A DNA stretch of 64,000 bases from an uncultured Candidatus Altimarinota bacterium (GTDB lineage: Bacteria > Patescibacteriota > Gracilibacteria > BD1-5 > UBA2023), in NCBI GenBank assembly GCA_963763105.1, contig CAVXMT010000006.1, positions 112,351 through 176,350 on the forward strand. Direction: 5' to 3'. Positions 46,215 to 60,555 of this stretch are shown here, one piece after another (within the stretch, counting starts at the first letter, position 1; every line of letters starts with the position of its first letter). The notes below the pieces were generated by a model. The model ran no database searches and was not told the DNA's origin. It worked only from the letters and a program-made list of their open reading frames with translations. The translations under genes were made by a program, and so were the position numbers.

Positions 46215-46880
46215 ATGCATCTCCTTCTTGTAGAAGACGATCAGGGAATTATCACTCCTCTTCGCATATATCTTGAACAATCTGGTCATAGCGTAGCAAT
46301 CTGTTCCGATGGTCTTATGGCACTTGATGACTTTACTCGAGAAAAACCGCAGCTCGTGATTCTTGATATTAACCTTCCTGGAAAGAACTGAGTCGAGATT
46401 TGTCGAGAAATCAGGCTCATATCAAAAATTCCTATTATTATTCTTTCTGCAAGGGAAAGTGAAGATGATAAAGTCGCTCTTCTCGAACTCGGGGCTGATG
46501 ATTATGTCGCGAAACCATTTTCTCCTCGGGAACTCGTTGCTCGTATCGCAGCTGTCGCAAAGCGTGCAGAAGAGAAAAAAGAACCAAAAAATGGAAAAAC
46601 TGTCATCTTACGAAATATAGAAGTTGACACAAAAAGTCATATTGCAACTCTTTCGGGTGAAGAGCTGAAACTTACAAAGACTGAATTTTCTATACTTGAA
46701 TATCTTATCCGTAATATGAAGGGGGTGATAAAACGAGAAGCGCTCATGAAGGATATCATCTGATATGATAATTATCTCTATGATCGCACAATTGATACTC
46801 ATATAAAGAATCTCAGAAAAAAACTCGAAGGCGCTATAGAAATAGAGACGATCAGAGGAGTAGGATATCGAGTAAGATAG
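46215..46880 (+). CDS. OmpR/PhoB-family response regulator
   Basis: MHLLLVEDD..VILDINLPGKNG.. receiver domain plus a winged-helix C-terminus ..IRGVGYRVR. Confidence 0.85.
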
Positions 46881-46933
46881 TATTGTTTGCAAAAAAGAGA
46901 GAGTCCAATAGAATACGGAAGTTATTTTTTTCT

Positions 46934-48190
46934 ATGCTAAAAATTATCTGACCTCAATCTCTTTCTGGAAAAGTAAAGATATCTGGATCCAAGAATGCAG
47001 CTCTTCCACTTATTGCGGCTTGTCTTTTTCATGAGACTTCTCGACTTGAGAATGTTCCCCGTATAGGTGATATACTCACTTTTATAGAAATAATTAAATC
47101 GCTTGGCGGCAAGGTAAACTTTGAGGGAAATACTCTCGAAATGGATACAAAAAATCTCACAAAAGATACACTTGATACTGACCTTGTACGAAAAATTCGT
47201 GCAAGTATTCTTCTCTTCCCAGCACTTCTTGCTCGATTCTGATCACTTGAAATTCCTCATCCAGGATGATGTGTGATCGGAAAACGTCCTGTATGAGATC
47301 ATGTACGAGGACTTGAAGCTATCTGATATTCTTATGAAGGAACCGAGGAAGGGATGCGATTCTCTGGAGTAGCTCGAAGCGGGAAGGTAATTTTTTCTGC
47401 AGGATTCGCTGTGACTGCAACTGAAAGTCTTCTCATTGCAAACGCATGGCGTGATGGAATTACAACAATCACTATGGCTGCGATCGAGCCACATGTAGTC
47501 AATCTTATTGATTTTTTGCGAGAAGCATGAGTAAAAATTGATCTCTCATATGATCATGTGATCACAATTCATGGAGAAACACTTATTCCAAAACACGTCA
47601 AAGGAAAAGTAGTTGCTGATTATATCGAAAGTGGAACATTTGTCGTACTTGCAGCCCTCACCGCTGAGCCATCAATCGTAATAGAAAATGCTCGAATTTC
47701 CGACCTTTCTGCATTTCTCGAGAAGTGTCGTGAAGCTGGAGTGCGATTTGATCTGAAAAGCGAAAAAGATGAAATCATCGTATACAATTCTCGTACCAGT
47801 CTTCGTGCAATCACACTTCAGACGAATATTTTTCCCGGATTCCCGACAGATCTCCAATCCCCATTTGCTCTCCTCCTCTCTCAATGAGAAGGAATATCCC
47901 GCATCCACGAGGTTCTTTTCGAAGGAAGGCTCAATTGGCTCGTCGAGATCGAGAAAATGAAATGACATATTGCTATCATGAATCCTCATGAAGCGCTCAT
48001 ATTTGGGAAGACTCACCTCAGAGGAACGACTGTATCGAGCTGGGATCTGCGCGCCTGAGTGACAATGATCATTGCTGGAATGATCGCACGAGGTGAGACG
48101 CTCATCACGAATGTAGAATATATAGAACGTGGATATGAGAATATTGTAGGGAAAATCCAGAAGCTTTGAGGTATAATCGAGCAAATATAG
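46934..48190 (+). CDS. murA: UDP-N-acetylglucosamine 1-carboxyvinyltransferase
   Basis: ISGSKNAALPL, the active-site segment HPGGCVIGKRPV, and ..FPTDLQSPF.. 418 aa. Confidence 0.93.
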
Positions 48191-48210
48191 TTCTATAACT
48201 GTACGTTTCT

Positions 48211-48402
48211 ATGGGATATTGAGATTTTGCTCCACCGAGCGGACATCATTCAAAAAAACCTCTCACAAGAAGTCAGATAAAAAAACTCCAACAAGCGTAT
48301 GCAAATGCTGGGGCTATCACTGAGGAAGTAAAATCACTTGAGAAAGAGGAACAAATGAAGACTAAGAATGAAATCGAAAATGACTTACAATTGCTATTTT
48401 AG
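48211..48402 (+). CDS. Small hypothetical protein (63 aa)
   Basis: ATG-to-TAG ORF with one TGA. Charged and helical. Uncertain. Confidence 0.3.
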
Positions 48403-48421
48403 CCAAAGAGATCATTTATCT

Positions 48422-49525
48422 TTATTTTTTCCACCTCCAACTCTCGATGTATTTCATACTAAGTCGAGCAACTATAAGTGATACAATAACTACAGTCATA
48501 CTGAATAAACTCCACTCAAGAAATGAAGTCGAAATATGGTGAAATAAAAATGTAATAAGAATACTAATGATAAGCCCATGCCAGAGATAGAGGCTATATG
48601 ATATTGCTGCAAGATAAAGGAAAAATCGATTATCTATGAGAACTCAAATGTATCGAGAATAGATAAGTGAGAATATTGCAAGTGCCCAGAGTCATGGAAC
48701 AAGAGGAAATCTGTATGGACTCATCGGGTATGAATATGCAAGATCTGGAGCTCACCGAATGATCCAGAGATAACTAAATATTGAAATTGTCGAAAGACAA
48801 AAGATAAAATCCCAGATACAATTTTTTTCCATATTTCGATACCAAGTGACTATTCCTCCGATACATATCCCGAGAATCGAATAGAGTGCAAAGATGAATG
48901 GACTATAATGAGGAAACCACACAGAAACTATTCCTGAACCAGGAGACCACGGAAGTGAGACAAAGAGTGAATGAAGAGCAAGAAAGAGAAAAATATAGAA
49001 AAAAACCACTGGAATGATATATTTTCGACTCACACGAGTGAGTCCGAGCATCATGACAATAGCGAAGAGATATCCCATCATATCATATCCGATGAACCAA
49101 AGTGGCCCATTCACAGCACTCGGAAAAAATGTCATTGGAGATATCCAGTTCAGGAAAGTAAGTCAGGAAAATAGCGATATAAGACTATCTACGTTGTATC
49201 ATGAGAGATAGATACTCCAGAGAAATGAAACAATAAGTGCGATATAATACACGGGGGCAATACGCCGCCATCGGTCAACGATGACTTTACGAGTATTTGG
49301 AATCTGAGCATCATGAAATATGGATTCCCAATATCCGAGTGAGCGCAGAAGTCCTGTGAGAATAAAAAAAACTGCCACCACTACTGGAAACATATTGAAA
49401 TACATATAGAAATCCCAATTCCACTGTGAGAGTTCTTGTATAGGACGAAGTTGCTGAAGATGATAGAGGACAATCATGAGTGCGACGAGGCCGCGAAGTC
49501 ATGATATTCAATCAAGTTTTTTCAT
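48422..49525 (-). CDS. Acyltransferase family 3 membrane protein (OatA/O-acyltransferase-like)
   Basis: MKKLDGISGLRGLVALMIVLYH family-3 N-terminal motif. Multiple TM helices. Fragments share one frame through TGA. Confidence 0.8.
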
Positions 49526-49622
49526 AGAAAAGATACTAATAAGAAATCAAGTTTCTGCAAATCGAGCTCGACTTATTTATTTTTTTTCATAGAATCCATC
49601 CGTTATTTTTTCTTATTTTTCT

Positions 49623-50558
49623 ATGTCTTTTCTTATTTCTGGTTCTGTAGCATTTGATATCATCATTCAGACTGTCTGAAGTTTTCGTGCCCAAGATAAT
49701 ACAACCAATACTGACCTTCATCTTTCACTTTTTTCTCCACATATCCGAAGAGAATACGGTGGGACTGCTGCGAATATCGCCTATTCCCTCGCGCTTCTAG
49801 GTAAGTCATCACATATCATTGCAGCTATCGGTGAAGATGGTCAGGATTCACTCACACGATTGAATGAAATAGGGATCAATACAGAATTCGTAAACATTGT
49901 TCCATGAAGTTATTGTCCACAAGCCTATATCCTCCGAGATGAATGAAATGGTCAGATCAATACATTCCATGCTGGGGCTATGAGTACATCAGGTGAACTG
50001 AGTCATGGCAATGTACATTTTGATTATGCTATCGTTGCTCCAGATTCGAGAGATGGAATTTTGAGAAGAGTGGCAGAGTGTACATCTGCTGGAATATTTA
50101 CTATTTTTGATCCAGGACAAGCAATGGGACTTTTCTCGAGCGAAGAGCTCAGAACTATGAGTATACAAGCGAATATAACCATTATGAATGAGCCTGAGCA
50201 AAAACAGTTTACAGAAATAGTAGGAGAGGATTTTGTCGATATTTGTCGTGCTCATGGCAATACTGCGATTGTAACTCTCGCAGAGAAGTGATCGTGCATC
50301 TACCAATGAGAAGAGAGAATCTCGATATCTGGAATATATACAGCGAATATTGTGGATGCTACAGGCTGTGGTGATTCCTATAGATCAGGACTTCTCTACT
50401 GACTCTCTGAATGATGGAATATAGAGAAATCATGTCAGCTAGGAAGTATTATCGGTGGTATAAAAATACAATCCGTCTGACCACAAAATCATACTATTGA
50501 TAGAAATATTGTAAACGCAATAGGAGAAAAGGAATTTGGAGTAAAATTCTTTGATTAA
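49623..50558 (+). CDS. PfkB-family carbohydrate/nucleoside kinase (probably adenosine kinase)
   Basis: ..REYGGTAANIAYSLALLG.. and ..DATGCGDSYRSGLLYG.. are PfkB signatures. Adjacent to ahcY. Confidence 0.8.
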
Positions 50559-50609
50559 AATCCATTCTTTCATACAATTCGCCCGTTCTATTTTTTCAAA
50601 ATTTCACAC

Positions 50610-51998
<1,389 letters not shown>

Positions 51999-52010
51999 AA
52001 GTAAATAAAA

Positions 52011-52045
52011 AAATCCCGCACCTTGGTAAAGGTTGTGGGATTTTT
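52011..52045 (+). terminator. Probable terminator after ahcY
   Basis: Imperfect GC-containing hairpin aaatcccgcacc...ggttgtgggattt followed by a T-run. Confidence 0.5.
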
Positions 52046-52058
52046 CATTCAGAATATA

Positions 52059-52364
52059 TTATTTGCCCAATTCGACAGGGATATTTTCGGCAATATTCTT
52101 CATTCATGGAATCTTCTGAGCTTGATTGCGAATTGTCTCCGGCCTACAGTCAATAATAGGTCATTTCCATTTATCATCACTATCAGCTAATTCTAATATA
52201 TTATTAGCACATTTTGCCGCAAGAAATCCAGATAGGGATTTCGTTTGAAATGATTTCGGATTATCTAGTGGTCATTCTATTTCTGTATTCATTGAAGATC
52301 TTCAGCATCCACTCAATGCGCCAATCATAGCAACTGCTGATCCCACTTTCTGAAAAGAATTCAT
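52059..52364 (-). CDS. Small putative lipoprotein (101 aa)
   Basis: The signal peptide ends in the lipobox-like ALSGC. Four TGAs. Stop is TAA. Confidence 0.45.
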
Positions 52365-52374
52365 AAATATATAA

Positions 52375-53127
52375 GGGTCTAAACCAGTTACGGGTTAAAT
52401 TTTCTGAGTAATTTTAAGATTTCTTTATAGATATCTTTTCATTGTATACGACAATTATATCGAAATTCAGATTCTTTCAAGAAGTAATAAAAGTAAGCTT
52501 TCTTGATTCAATTGAATTGAGAGAGTCTTCTTTTTGTGAAGCTCCAAAATGACTCAATTCAGTTAATATGCTGGTTTCATCTCGCAAACTCATTGGCTCC
52601 ATGATGTACTCTGTAGTGTTTCTCATATCCAATATCTACCAATCCATCATATGCAGGCCAACCATCACTATTGATCTCAGTATCTTCAATCTTTACTTTT
52701 CATCTGATAATTGGAACCAAAGTTTTAGCTTTCACATCAGGAACTATCTCAGTATAGACTTTTCCATTTCTTTTGAGGAGTCCAAATACTATTGTCTTCA
52801 TTCCAGCTCATCTTCATCTCTTTCATCTCACTCTAGTGGGTCAGAAATAACTTTCATCTACCTCAATAGAACCTGTCCATATTTCTGCTTTTTCTGCTTC
52901 ACAGAGAGCTGAGATAGCTTTTCTGATATATCTATACCAATCTTGAGTAGTTTTAGGATTAAGTCATGTTAGATTCGCTGTAATATCTGAGGTAAAATCC
53001 AGAGAAAAATAGCGAACTATTTCTCTTATTTTTGCATCTCAAATTCGTGATTTTTTTCGATAGAGAGTTTTTCTGATCATAGAGCCAGTATATGGGGTAA
53101 AGAATTACCGTCAACTGGTTTAGACCC
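52375..53127 (-). mobile_element. IS1595-family insertion sequence (small, IS1016-like size) with terminal inverted repeats
   Basis: Inverted repeats GGGTCTAAACCAGTTACGG and CCGTCAACTGGTTTAGACCC (one mismatch). Flanked by direct TATATAA at 52368-52374 and 53128-53134. Confidence 0.85.
52388..53080 (-). CDS. IS1595-family DDE transposase
   Basis: ..IEVDESYFGPTRVRGKRGRGAGMKTIVFGLLKRNGKVY.., ..INSDGWPAYDG.. and ..HINGIESFWSFTKRRL... Several Gly residues are encoded by TGA. Confidence 0.85.
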
Positions 53128-53256
53128 TATATAATTAGGAAACTAAAATATAACTGCATAATACTCTCTCTCTCTGTATTGTCAAATATATTTTTTATAT
53201 TATTATATTTTTTTCTTTCAGCTCGACTTTGTTCTCGATTTTTATATGATACATAT

Positions 53257-56200
53257 ATGAAAGATATTCAAGATATTCTCGCATCACTCAATCCTCGCCA
53301 ACGCGAAGCTGTAGAGACAATCTATGGCCCAGTACTCGTGATTGCCTGACCTGGAAGTGGTAAAACACAGATTCTCTGAGCAAGAATAGCCAATATTCTT
53401 CATGAGACAGACTATTTGCCGTCGAATATTCTCTGCCTTACCTTTACAGACAACGCTGCTCGCAATATGCGAGACCGTCTTGCCCAAATGATTGGGCATG
53501 ATGCCTATCGAGTCGCGATCCACACATTCCACAGCTTTGGAAATGAGATACTTGCTCGTTATCGGTATCTCTTTCGAGAATATACTGACTCTGGAACTAT
53601 CGATATGGTCACGGCTTCCAAGATTCTCGATGAGATTCTCACTCCGCTCCCATGGAATGATCCATACAAGCCAGGAATGCGTGCTGGAGAGACAATTCAA
53701 GAAATTCTCGGGCGTATTTCTGATCTCAAGAAATGAGGTATTACGCCAACTCTTTTTCGTATGATTCTTGAGATAAATAAGAGAACTATCGATATGCTCG
53801 CTTCCATTCTCAAAACACACTTTGAGAGAATCGATGCTCTCGGTCAGAAGAAAGAAGAAAAACTTCAAAAAATCGAAATATTCAAAGAAATGACAAATTC
53901 GGTTCAACATTTGTCCGAATATGAGAAAATATGAGGATATGATAGTCTTCTCAGAACAATCCAACTCGAACTCGATACTGCCTGGGAAGAATACGATGGA
54001 GAATCAAGTACAAAATTCCTCACAGCATGGAAAGAATCATGGACAGCAAAAGATTATAATGGCAATCGAGTTTGGAAAGAGTCAGAAAAACTCAAAAAAC
54101 AATTCTCTCTTGTGAATATCTATGAGGCATATCAGTCTCGACTGGAAGAGGAATGACTTGTAGATTTCTCGGATATGATCCTCAGAGCGATCGAGCTCGT
54201 CGAGCGTGATCCAACTGTACAAGCCAATCTCGCAGAACAATACCAATTTATTCTTATCGATGAATTCCAAGATACCAATGAGGCTCAGATGCGACTCGTG
54301 AATGCTATCCTCTCTGTCGATAGCAACAATCCCAATATATTCGCTGTCGGAGATGATGATCAGTCTATCTATAAGTTCCAATGAGCAAATATCAAGAATA
54401 TTCGCGACTTTCATGAACGATATGAAGATACTAAGCTTATCATTCTTGATACGAATTATCGATCGACATCTTCCATTATTGAGTCTTCTCGGGCAATTAT
54501 AGAATCAGAATCGTCCGAAATATCAAATATATTCCCATGAGCCACCAAAGAATTCAAGTCAAATTCTGGAGAATGAGGTGCTGTTGCACAATATTCTTTT
54601 GATACAGAGCTCCATGAGATAAGTTTTATCATCAGAGACATTGAGCAAAAAATACAATCTTGAATCCATCCAGAAGATATCGCTGTCATCGTAAAGAAAA
54701 ATAGATCCCTCGAAACCATCGCAAAGTGACTCATTTCCCTCGGAATGCCTGTCAGTATGAGTAAATCAGAATCTATTTGGGAAGATGAGATTATTATTCT
54801 TATACGAAATATCTTCAAATATCTTGCATCACTGAATACTCATCAAGAGCAGAAAGAAGTTCTCATCGATATCATCTCGCATCCATGCTGGAATATACCT
54901 AGACTCACTCTCTGGCAGATCTCTCGTGACATCTATCATGCACGCCGTGAAGATAGGAAGAGCTGGATCGAACAACTCTCAGGTCATGAAATTCCTGAAA
55001 TTCGTGATTTTGGATGTTTTCTGAAAGAGCTCTCAAATATGAGTGAATATACTCGTCTCGAAGACCTCACTGATGCTATCACTGGAGCATCTTCACTCGT
55101 ACTTCCAGATGAATATGATGAAGATGCTCGAGCAAATCCTTTCCAAATATCTCTCCTCTCGGGAGAGAAGAAATCCTATATCTCTCCTCTCTATACTTAC
55201 TTTTTCGGACAATTATGAAATCATAATGGATTAAATAATGAACAATATCAGAAAAAGGCTCGCTCTCTCGCGAATATCAAAAAACTCACTGATGAGATCA
55301 GAAACTATAAGAAACAAAAACCATATCTCATGCTTGAGGATGCCATAGAGCTCATTTCTATGATCGAGAAATATGAGATCCGCATAGAAACTTCTCACCT
55401 CATCGGAAATGAGAAAAATGCTGTGAATCTTATTACTACCCACAAAGCAAAATGATTGGAATGGGATCATGTCTATGTGCCATTTTTGACAAAGAGGGAA
55501 TACAAGCTCTGAAAAATATCAGGATCAACTCTCCCGAAGAATCTTCCTCTCGAAGCCGACAAAGATGACGATGCGGACATAGGACGACTCGTCTATACTG
55601 GATATACCCGAGCACGATCATCACTCACCGTGAGTTATTCGAGTCAGAGCATGGATGAGAGAGTAAATGAATCACTTTCTTGTATCGGATCTGAGAATCC
55701 AGAATGGAAACAAAGAGAAGATATTACTCCTTTCACACTTTCTGAAACACTTGAAGATGCAAGTCATTCCCTCTGGAGTCTTCCTTATGAGGACAGCGAA
55801 GAAGACTTTCTCAGAGATCGTATCGAAAAGCAATTTATTATGAGTGCGACAGCGCTTCAGAATTTTCTCGATATCACCAGTGGCTGACCGACTCATTTTA
55901 TCGCAAATAATATCCTCAGATTTCCATGAGCCAAGAATATTGCAGGCTCATATGGATCTGCGATGCATGCCGCTCTCGAGAATTTCTTCACAGACTACAA
56001 AAATAATAATTCCTACAAGAAAGAAATTCTCTTTACTTCATTCGAAAAAAGCCTCAAAGACGAGGGATTCGAGAAATCTATCGAAAATACCTGGCTCGAA
56101 AAATGAAGAGAAAATCTTGAGGCACTCTATACTGAGCTTGTCGGAAAATCCTATGGAGAACTCTCCCTTGAGAAAGACTTCAGGACAGAATGAGGTGGAG

Positions 56201-56643
56201 TCTGGCTCTGAGATATTCAACTCACTGGTAAAATAGATCGTATCGAACGACTTGCCGATGATACTCTCATAATCACCGACTACAAAACAGGTGGTGGATT
56301 CGATAGCTTTGATGGGAAATGAGCCGAGTATGCAAAACTCAAACAGTGGAAATATCGACTCCAACTTGCTTTTTATGCAATACTCTTCGAACTCTCACCC
56401 CGCTATCGTATGTTCCCGAAAAAACAATTCGAACTCTTTTTCATAGAGAAGAATCATGATGAAAATAGGTTCCATCGAGTGACAGAGTACATTCATGAAG
56501 GGGAAATCGAACGAACAAAATCTCTTATCAGAGCAGCTACTGACTGTATACGTACTCTCAAGTTCCCAGATATGAGACAATATCCTCAGACGGTAGAGGG
56601 GATACGGATGTTCGAGGAAGACTTATTAAATTGACTTGTATAA
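53257..56643 (+). CDS. UvrD/PcrA-type superfamily 1 helicase fused to a C-terminal RecB-family PD-(D/E)xK nuclease
   Basis: AGPGSGKTQ, LIDEFQDTN, YKFQGA, TTHKAKGLEWDHVYVP, then GKIDRIE..LIITDYKTG..LQLAFY. 1128 aa. The frame was checked line by line. Confidence 0.85.
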
Positions 56644-56714
56644 GTGAGGTTCTTAGAAATATCAATAACTTTATTATTTGATCAAAGAATGAATAATAGC
56701 AAGAATCTTGCTTC

Positions 56715-57266
56715 CTATAGTCTTTTTCTTACCCACCACCAGAAAAGTCCAAACACTGCACCCGCAGCATGCCCTACAAGACTAATGCCAGGAATAAGCC
56801 CAATACCAATATTGATTATAAGCATGATGAGAATCTGATTCGTCATAGGGTGTCGAATCGTCTGCAAATCCATATAAAGATACGAAAGGAGTGCCATACA
56901 GAATCCTGATATTCCGATCGTCAGAGCAAGAGGGGCAAGGAAATAGAGTGCAAGAGCAATAAAGAGAGTTGTACAAATAAAGAAAGCTATAAACCGATCC
57001 CGACTCATGCGACTCTCAACAAGAGGACCGGCAGTATAGAGAAAATAACTATTCATAAAAAGATGAATAAGATTCGCATGAATGAACTGAAAAAGTGTCA
57101 CCTGGGCAACAATAGAAAATATATCTCACCTGAGGATATGAAAGGCATGGAATCCATACATTCCCTGAAAGGTCGGAAACATAAATCCAATAAAAGATAT
57201 AATTGCGGAAATTGCTATAAGAATATGGGATGTATATTTTCTTGGATCAAAAAAGAAAGAAGGCAT
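56715..57266 (-). CDS. Rhomboid-family intramembrane serine protease
   Basis: ..HANLIHLFMN.., catalytic GISGFCMAL, and ..GHAAGAVFG... Confidence 0.8.
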
Positions 57267-57333
57267 AAATGAAGATATTAAAAAAATCCCTATATTTCTA
57301 GAAGGATTTTATAGATTTTTTTCTGAAAAACAA

Positions 57334-57597
57334 TTACTTTCTGAGATCGAGCTTACCGATGACTTCAGCATAGCGAACTTCGTCTTTTTTCTTGAGATAA
57401 TCAAGAAGCTTTCGACGCTTTGCTACCATCATGACGATACCTCGACGTGAGTGATTATCTTGCTTATGAAGCTCGAGATGAGACTTCAAATTCTCGATAC
57501 GAGAAGTAAGAATAGCGACCTGAACTTCTGGAGAACCTGTATCGCCCTTGTGTGTAGCGAACTTCTCCATGAGAGATTTTTTTTCTTTGTGATCCAT
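57334..57597 (-). CDS. rpsO: 30S ribosomal protein S15
   Basis: ..[36 protein letters not shown].. An intact ORF with no TGA. Confidence 0.95.
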   Translation of the reverse strand: MDHKEKKSLMEKFATHKGDTGSPEVQVAILTSRIENLKSHLELHKQDNHSRRGIVMMVAKRRKLLDYLKKKDEVRYAEVIGKLDLRK

Positions 57598-57696
57598 AAT
57601 ATGAAAGAAAGTATTTTGAGATAGAAATTGTCAGACCAGAAAATACACCAGTAAGACCTCCACAGTATATGGAAAGGCTCTGGAAAAGCAAGTTTT

Positions 57697-58446
57697 TTAC
57701 CCCTTCTCACAAAAATCCCAGATAAAACGAAACCACGTTCGATAGCTCTCTGCAAGATCATGATTGATCATGACGAATATAGATCCACTCTCACCGAAGT
57801 TCCCAACTCAGGTAGAGTTGAATGTGACGACATAATCTCAAAATACATCTACCACTCCACTTGTCTCATATCCAAGCGGAAGGAATCGATATTCTCAAGC
57901 TGCAGTTTTCTGTATATCTTCACGCTCTCGTACACGCGGATCAAATATAATCTGTACTATTTTACCATTGCGCTTCAATGCTGATTGAAAATGTTCTTCG
58001 AGTGAGAACGATAATCATGGGGTCATCCAATTCCCCTTGGCGCCGAGAAAGTACGTATCCTCCGCTACTCGAGTCATATCCAGCATATAGTTTTTGTAAC
58101 CTTCCAGTCACCGGTAGATAAATGCGGCCTCTTTGTGTTCTCCACTTTTCGCACGTATTTGTTCGAGGTATGGGAGGATTTTCTTCACTGTTTGTTCTTT
58201 TTGTTCGATCATTTCGAGAAGTTTTCTGGGGTCCGTCGCAACATAGAGGTTTTCTTTTTGTCCGAATATCGGAAAAATAATCCCCTTCTCTACAAGTCGC
58301 TGGAGAGTATCATAGATGCTCCGTCTATGAATCTCCGAGTGTTTTGAAATCTCAGAGACACTCGCTTCACCAATCTCGAGGATGGATTCGTAGATAGTCG
58401 CCTCATTGTGAGTCATACCGAGCTCAGCTAATTCTCTTTGAAACAT
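57697..58446 (-). CDS. TrmB-family transcriptional regulator
   Basis: N-terminal winged helix ..EATIYESILEIGEASVSEISKHSEIHRRSIYDTLQRLVEKG.. The C-terminal domain was translated codon by codon through five TGAs to TAA. Confidence 0.8.
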
Positions 58447-58615
58447 ATATTATAAAATAAAGTTATAAATTGTATTTATCTATTTTTTATTGTCATACTG
58501 AATTACATTCTTATATGGTGCTATATATCACCATATCGTGATATTTACCACTCGTACAAACTAATTATAGTACAAAAGTCTAAAAAAGACAAATTTATTA
58601 TTTTATTTTTACTTT

Positions 58616-59191
58616 ATGGAAAAGATACAAACCATCAACATCATCCGTACTGGGTGAAGCGCTGATCATATATTTAATGCAGAACAGGAAAAAACTGACT
58701 TCAGTCTAAATCATTCCCCTGTATTAAATACTATAAAAAGGATAATGGTAGGTAGGACTGACGTTACACTCAATGATTTGCGTATATGTGGAGTAAATAG
58801 TGATAATCTTACCTCCGACCTTATACGTGAAGTTATCTCTAAAGTTTGCTGTCTTCACGGTACGGAAAGCCGTATTATTATCACTAGTGGTACATGAGCA
58901 TTATCCCAAATCGGAAAAGCTTTGAACGAATCATGAGCATTAAGGACGACTGCCCAATACTATTATAGTGTACCTCGAGTAGTACAAGTGGCTGCAAAAC
59001 TTCCTTGATACTTATGAACTAGTGGTGACCTGACAACGCAACTTATTATAGCATTCAGCCTTATAACTTCTACGATGATGACTCCATGAACTCATGCTAT
59101 AGTTGTCTGATGACAACTTATAAGTTACGATGAATTAAAAAATAATCCTAATGTAATTGACCTTCCGGAAGAGAAAAAAGTCATTGTATAG
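58616..59191 (+). CDS. Hypothetical protein with weak asparaginase/glutaminase-like motifs
   Basis: ..IIRTGGSADHIF.. and ..IIITSGTGAL.. are reminiscent of TGGTIA / HGTDT. 191 aa. Divergent from the TrmB gene. Confidence 0.4.
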
Positions 59192-59219
59192 AATCTAGCC
59201 TTCCATAATTTACACTACT

Positions 59220-59837
59220 ATGAGTATAGCTCCATCAAATGCATGAACGGAAGATCTTGACACCTTATTTCTTGAAGGAGCAATGAAGACGAGGTCTTGA
59301 GGAAAAACATCACCAGAATCTCAAGATTATATGGAATCCTACAAACCTATCGTGGAGGATCCTATTTTCGCAGATGCCTTTGATAACGCTATTAGAGCTA
59401 TGGGTGCTCGAATAGTTGAGAGAATATTGTGAGAAAAAAATCATAATCCTCAAAAAACAACACAAAATGTAACAAAAACCGTCACTAAAAATATCGATCT
59501 ACTTCTTTCTATATCACCAGAGCTTGCTAGAGAATGCATACGTGACAATGGTGATTTTTCCAGGAAGGTAAAAACAACTCTGGCTGTCACGAGAAAGGTA
59601 ACAAAACCTTTTAGAATCGCAAATGTACGTACCGATATAAGAACTGCAGATTGAGAAAGTAGAATATCTGAATACTCTGAATCAGATTTTAAAGCCGATA
59701 ACCATTGGTCTTCAAAAGAAACACCCAAAAAAAGAGTTCCATACGAAGGAATACGACTTTGAATATCAGTATTACTCACTCGTAAGTTTACACATGAAGA
59801 AGCTCTTAGGCTCTTAGATAGGTGTCATAGAGGATAA
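59220..59837 (+). CDS. Hypothetical protein (205 aa)
   Basis: Open frame with five TGAs, 28 nt after the previous gene. I judge the antisense ORF-track entry 59450-59779 to be a shadow. Confidence 0.45.
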
Positions 59838-59840
59838 CTA

Positions 59841-59874
59841 AATATTACAGCACCTGCCTCAGCGCTGTAATATT
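59841..59874. terminator. 11-bp hairpin between convergent genes (overlaps the hrcA stop)
   Basis: aatattacagc-12 nt-gctgtaatatt. Confidence 0.5.
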
Positions 59875-60543
59875 GAACGCATAGTCCATCATAGTCGAAC
59901 CAAGAATACCGAGATAGCCAGAATATCCATTGATCTCTATTCGCTTCACGATCATAGTCGAAGACTCAAGCTCAGGAATGATATTCTCTTCTCAGATAAA
60001 CGCAGATACTCGAGGTCCGACATCAAGTCAATCCAAGAGGCTGATAAATTCATGCTTATTTTCGAGACATTTGATAATCTGATATTTCTCCTCTCCGAGA
60101 ATACCCTTGTGCCGTTCGAGATAATTCGAGAGACCGAGATAATACGATGTCTCAAGCGCGGGAATGCACGCAAAAGTAATCTCACCAGTGATCTTCGTGA
60201 GACGAGCAACAAGACTATAGAGAGTATCGTCAATACGGTTATTTTCGAGCTTTTTTCTATGGAGTTCCTCTGCTTCGAGAAATACTTGAGGCATCGTCTC
60301 CATAAGATAATCGACAAATACACGAAGTCCTCTGGAAGTCGGAAGTCGTCCAGCCGAATTGTATGGCTGAAAGAGGAGTCCCATCTTTTCAAGACTCATC
60401 ATATCATTGCGAACTGTGGCTGATGAGACTTGGAGATCATGCTTCTCAAGAAGGGATTTTGATCCAGTTATCTCGCCAGTTTTTATATATTCTTCGATAA
60501 TGTGCTTGAGAATCTGAATCTGTCTCAATTGTATTTTTCGCAT
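59845..60543 (-). CDS. hrcA: Heat-inducible repressor HrcA, short form (232 aa)
   Basis: ..ITGSKSLLEKHDLQVSSATVRNDMMSLEKMGLLFQPYNSAGRLPTSRGLRVFVD.. and C-terminal ..GYLGILGSTMMDY... Confidence 0.85.
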
Positions 60544-60555
60544 ATTCGAATATTT

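Noticed and set aside
53284-53964. 226-aa minus-strand ORF.
   Set aside because: Antisense to the N-terminus of the UvrD-like helicase (Walker A and following motifs are on the + strand).
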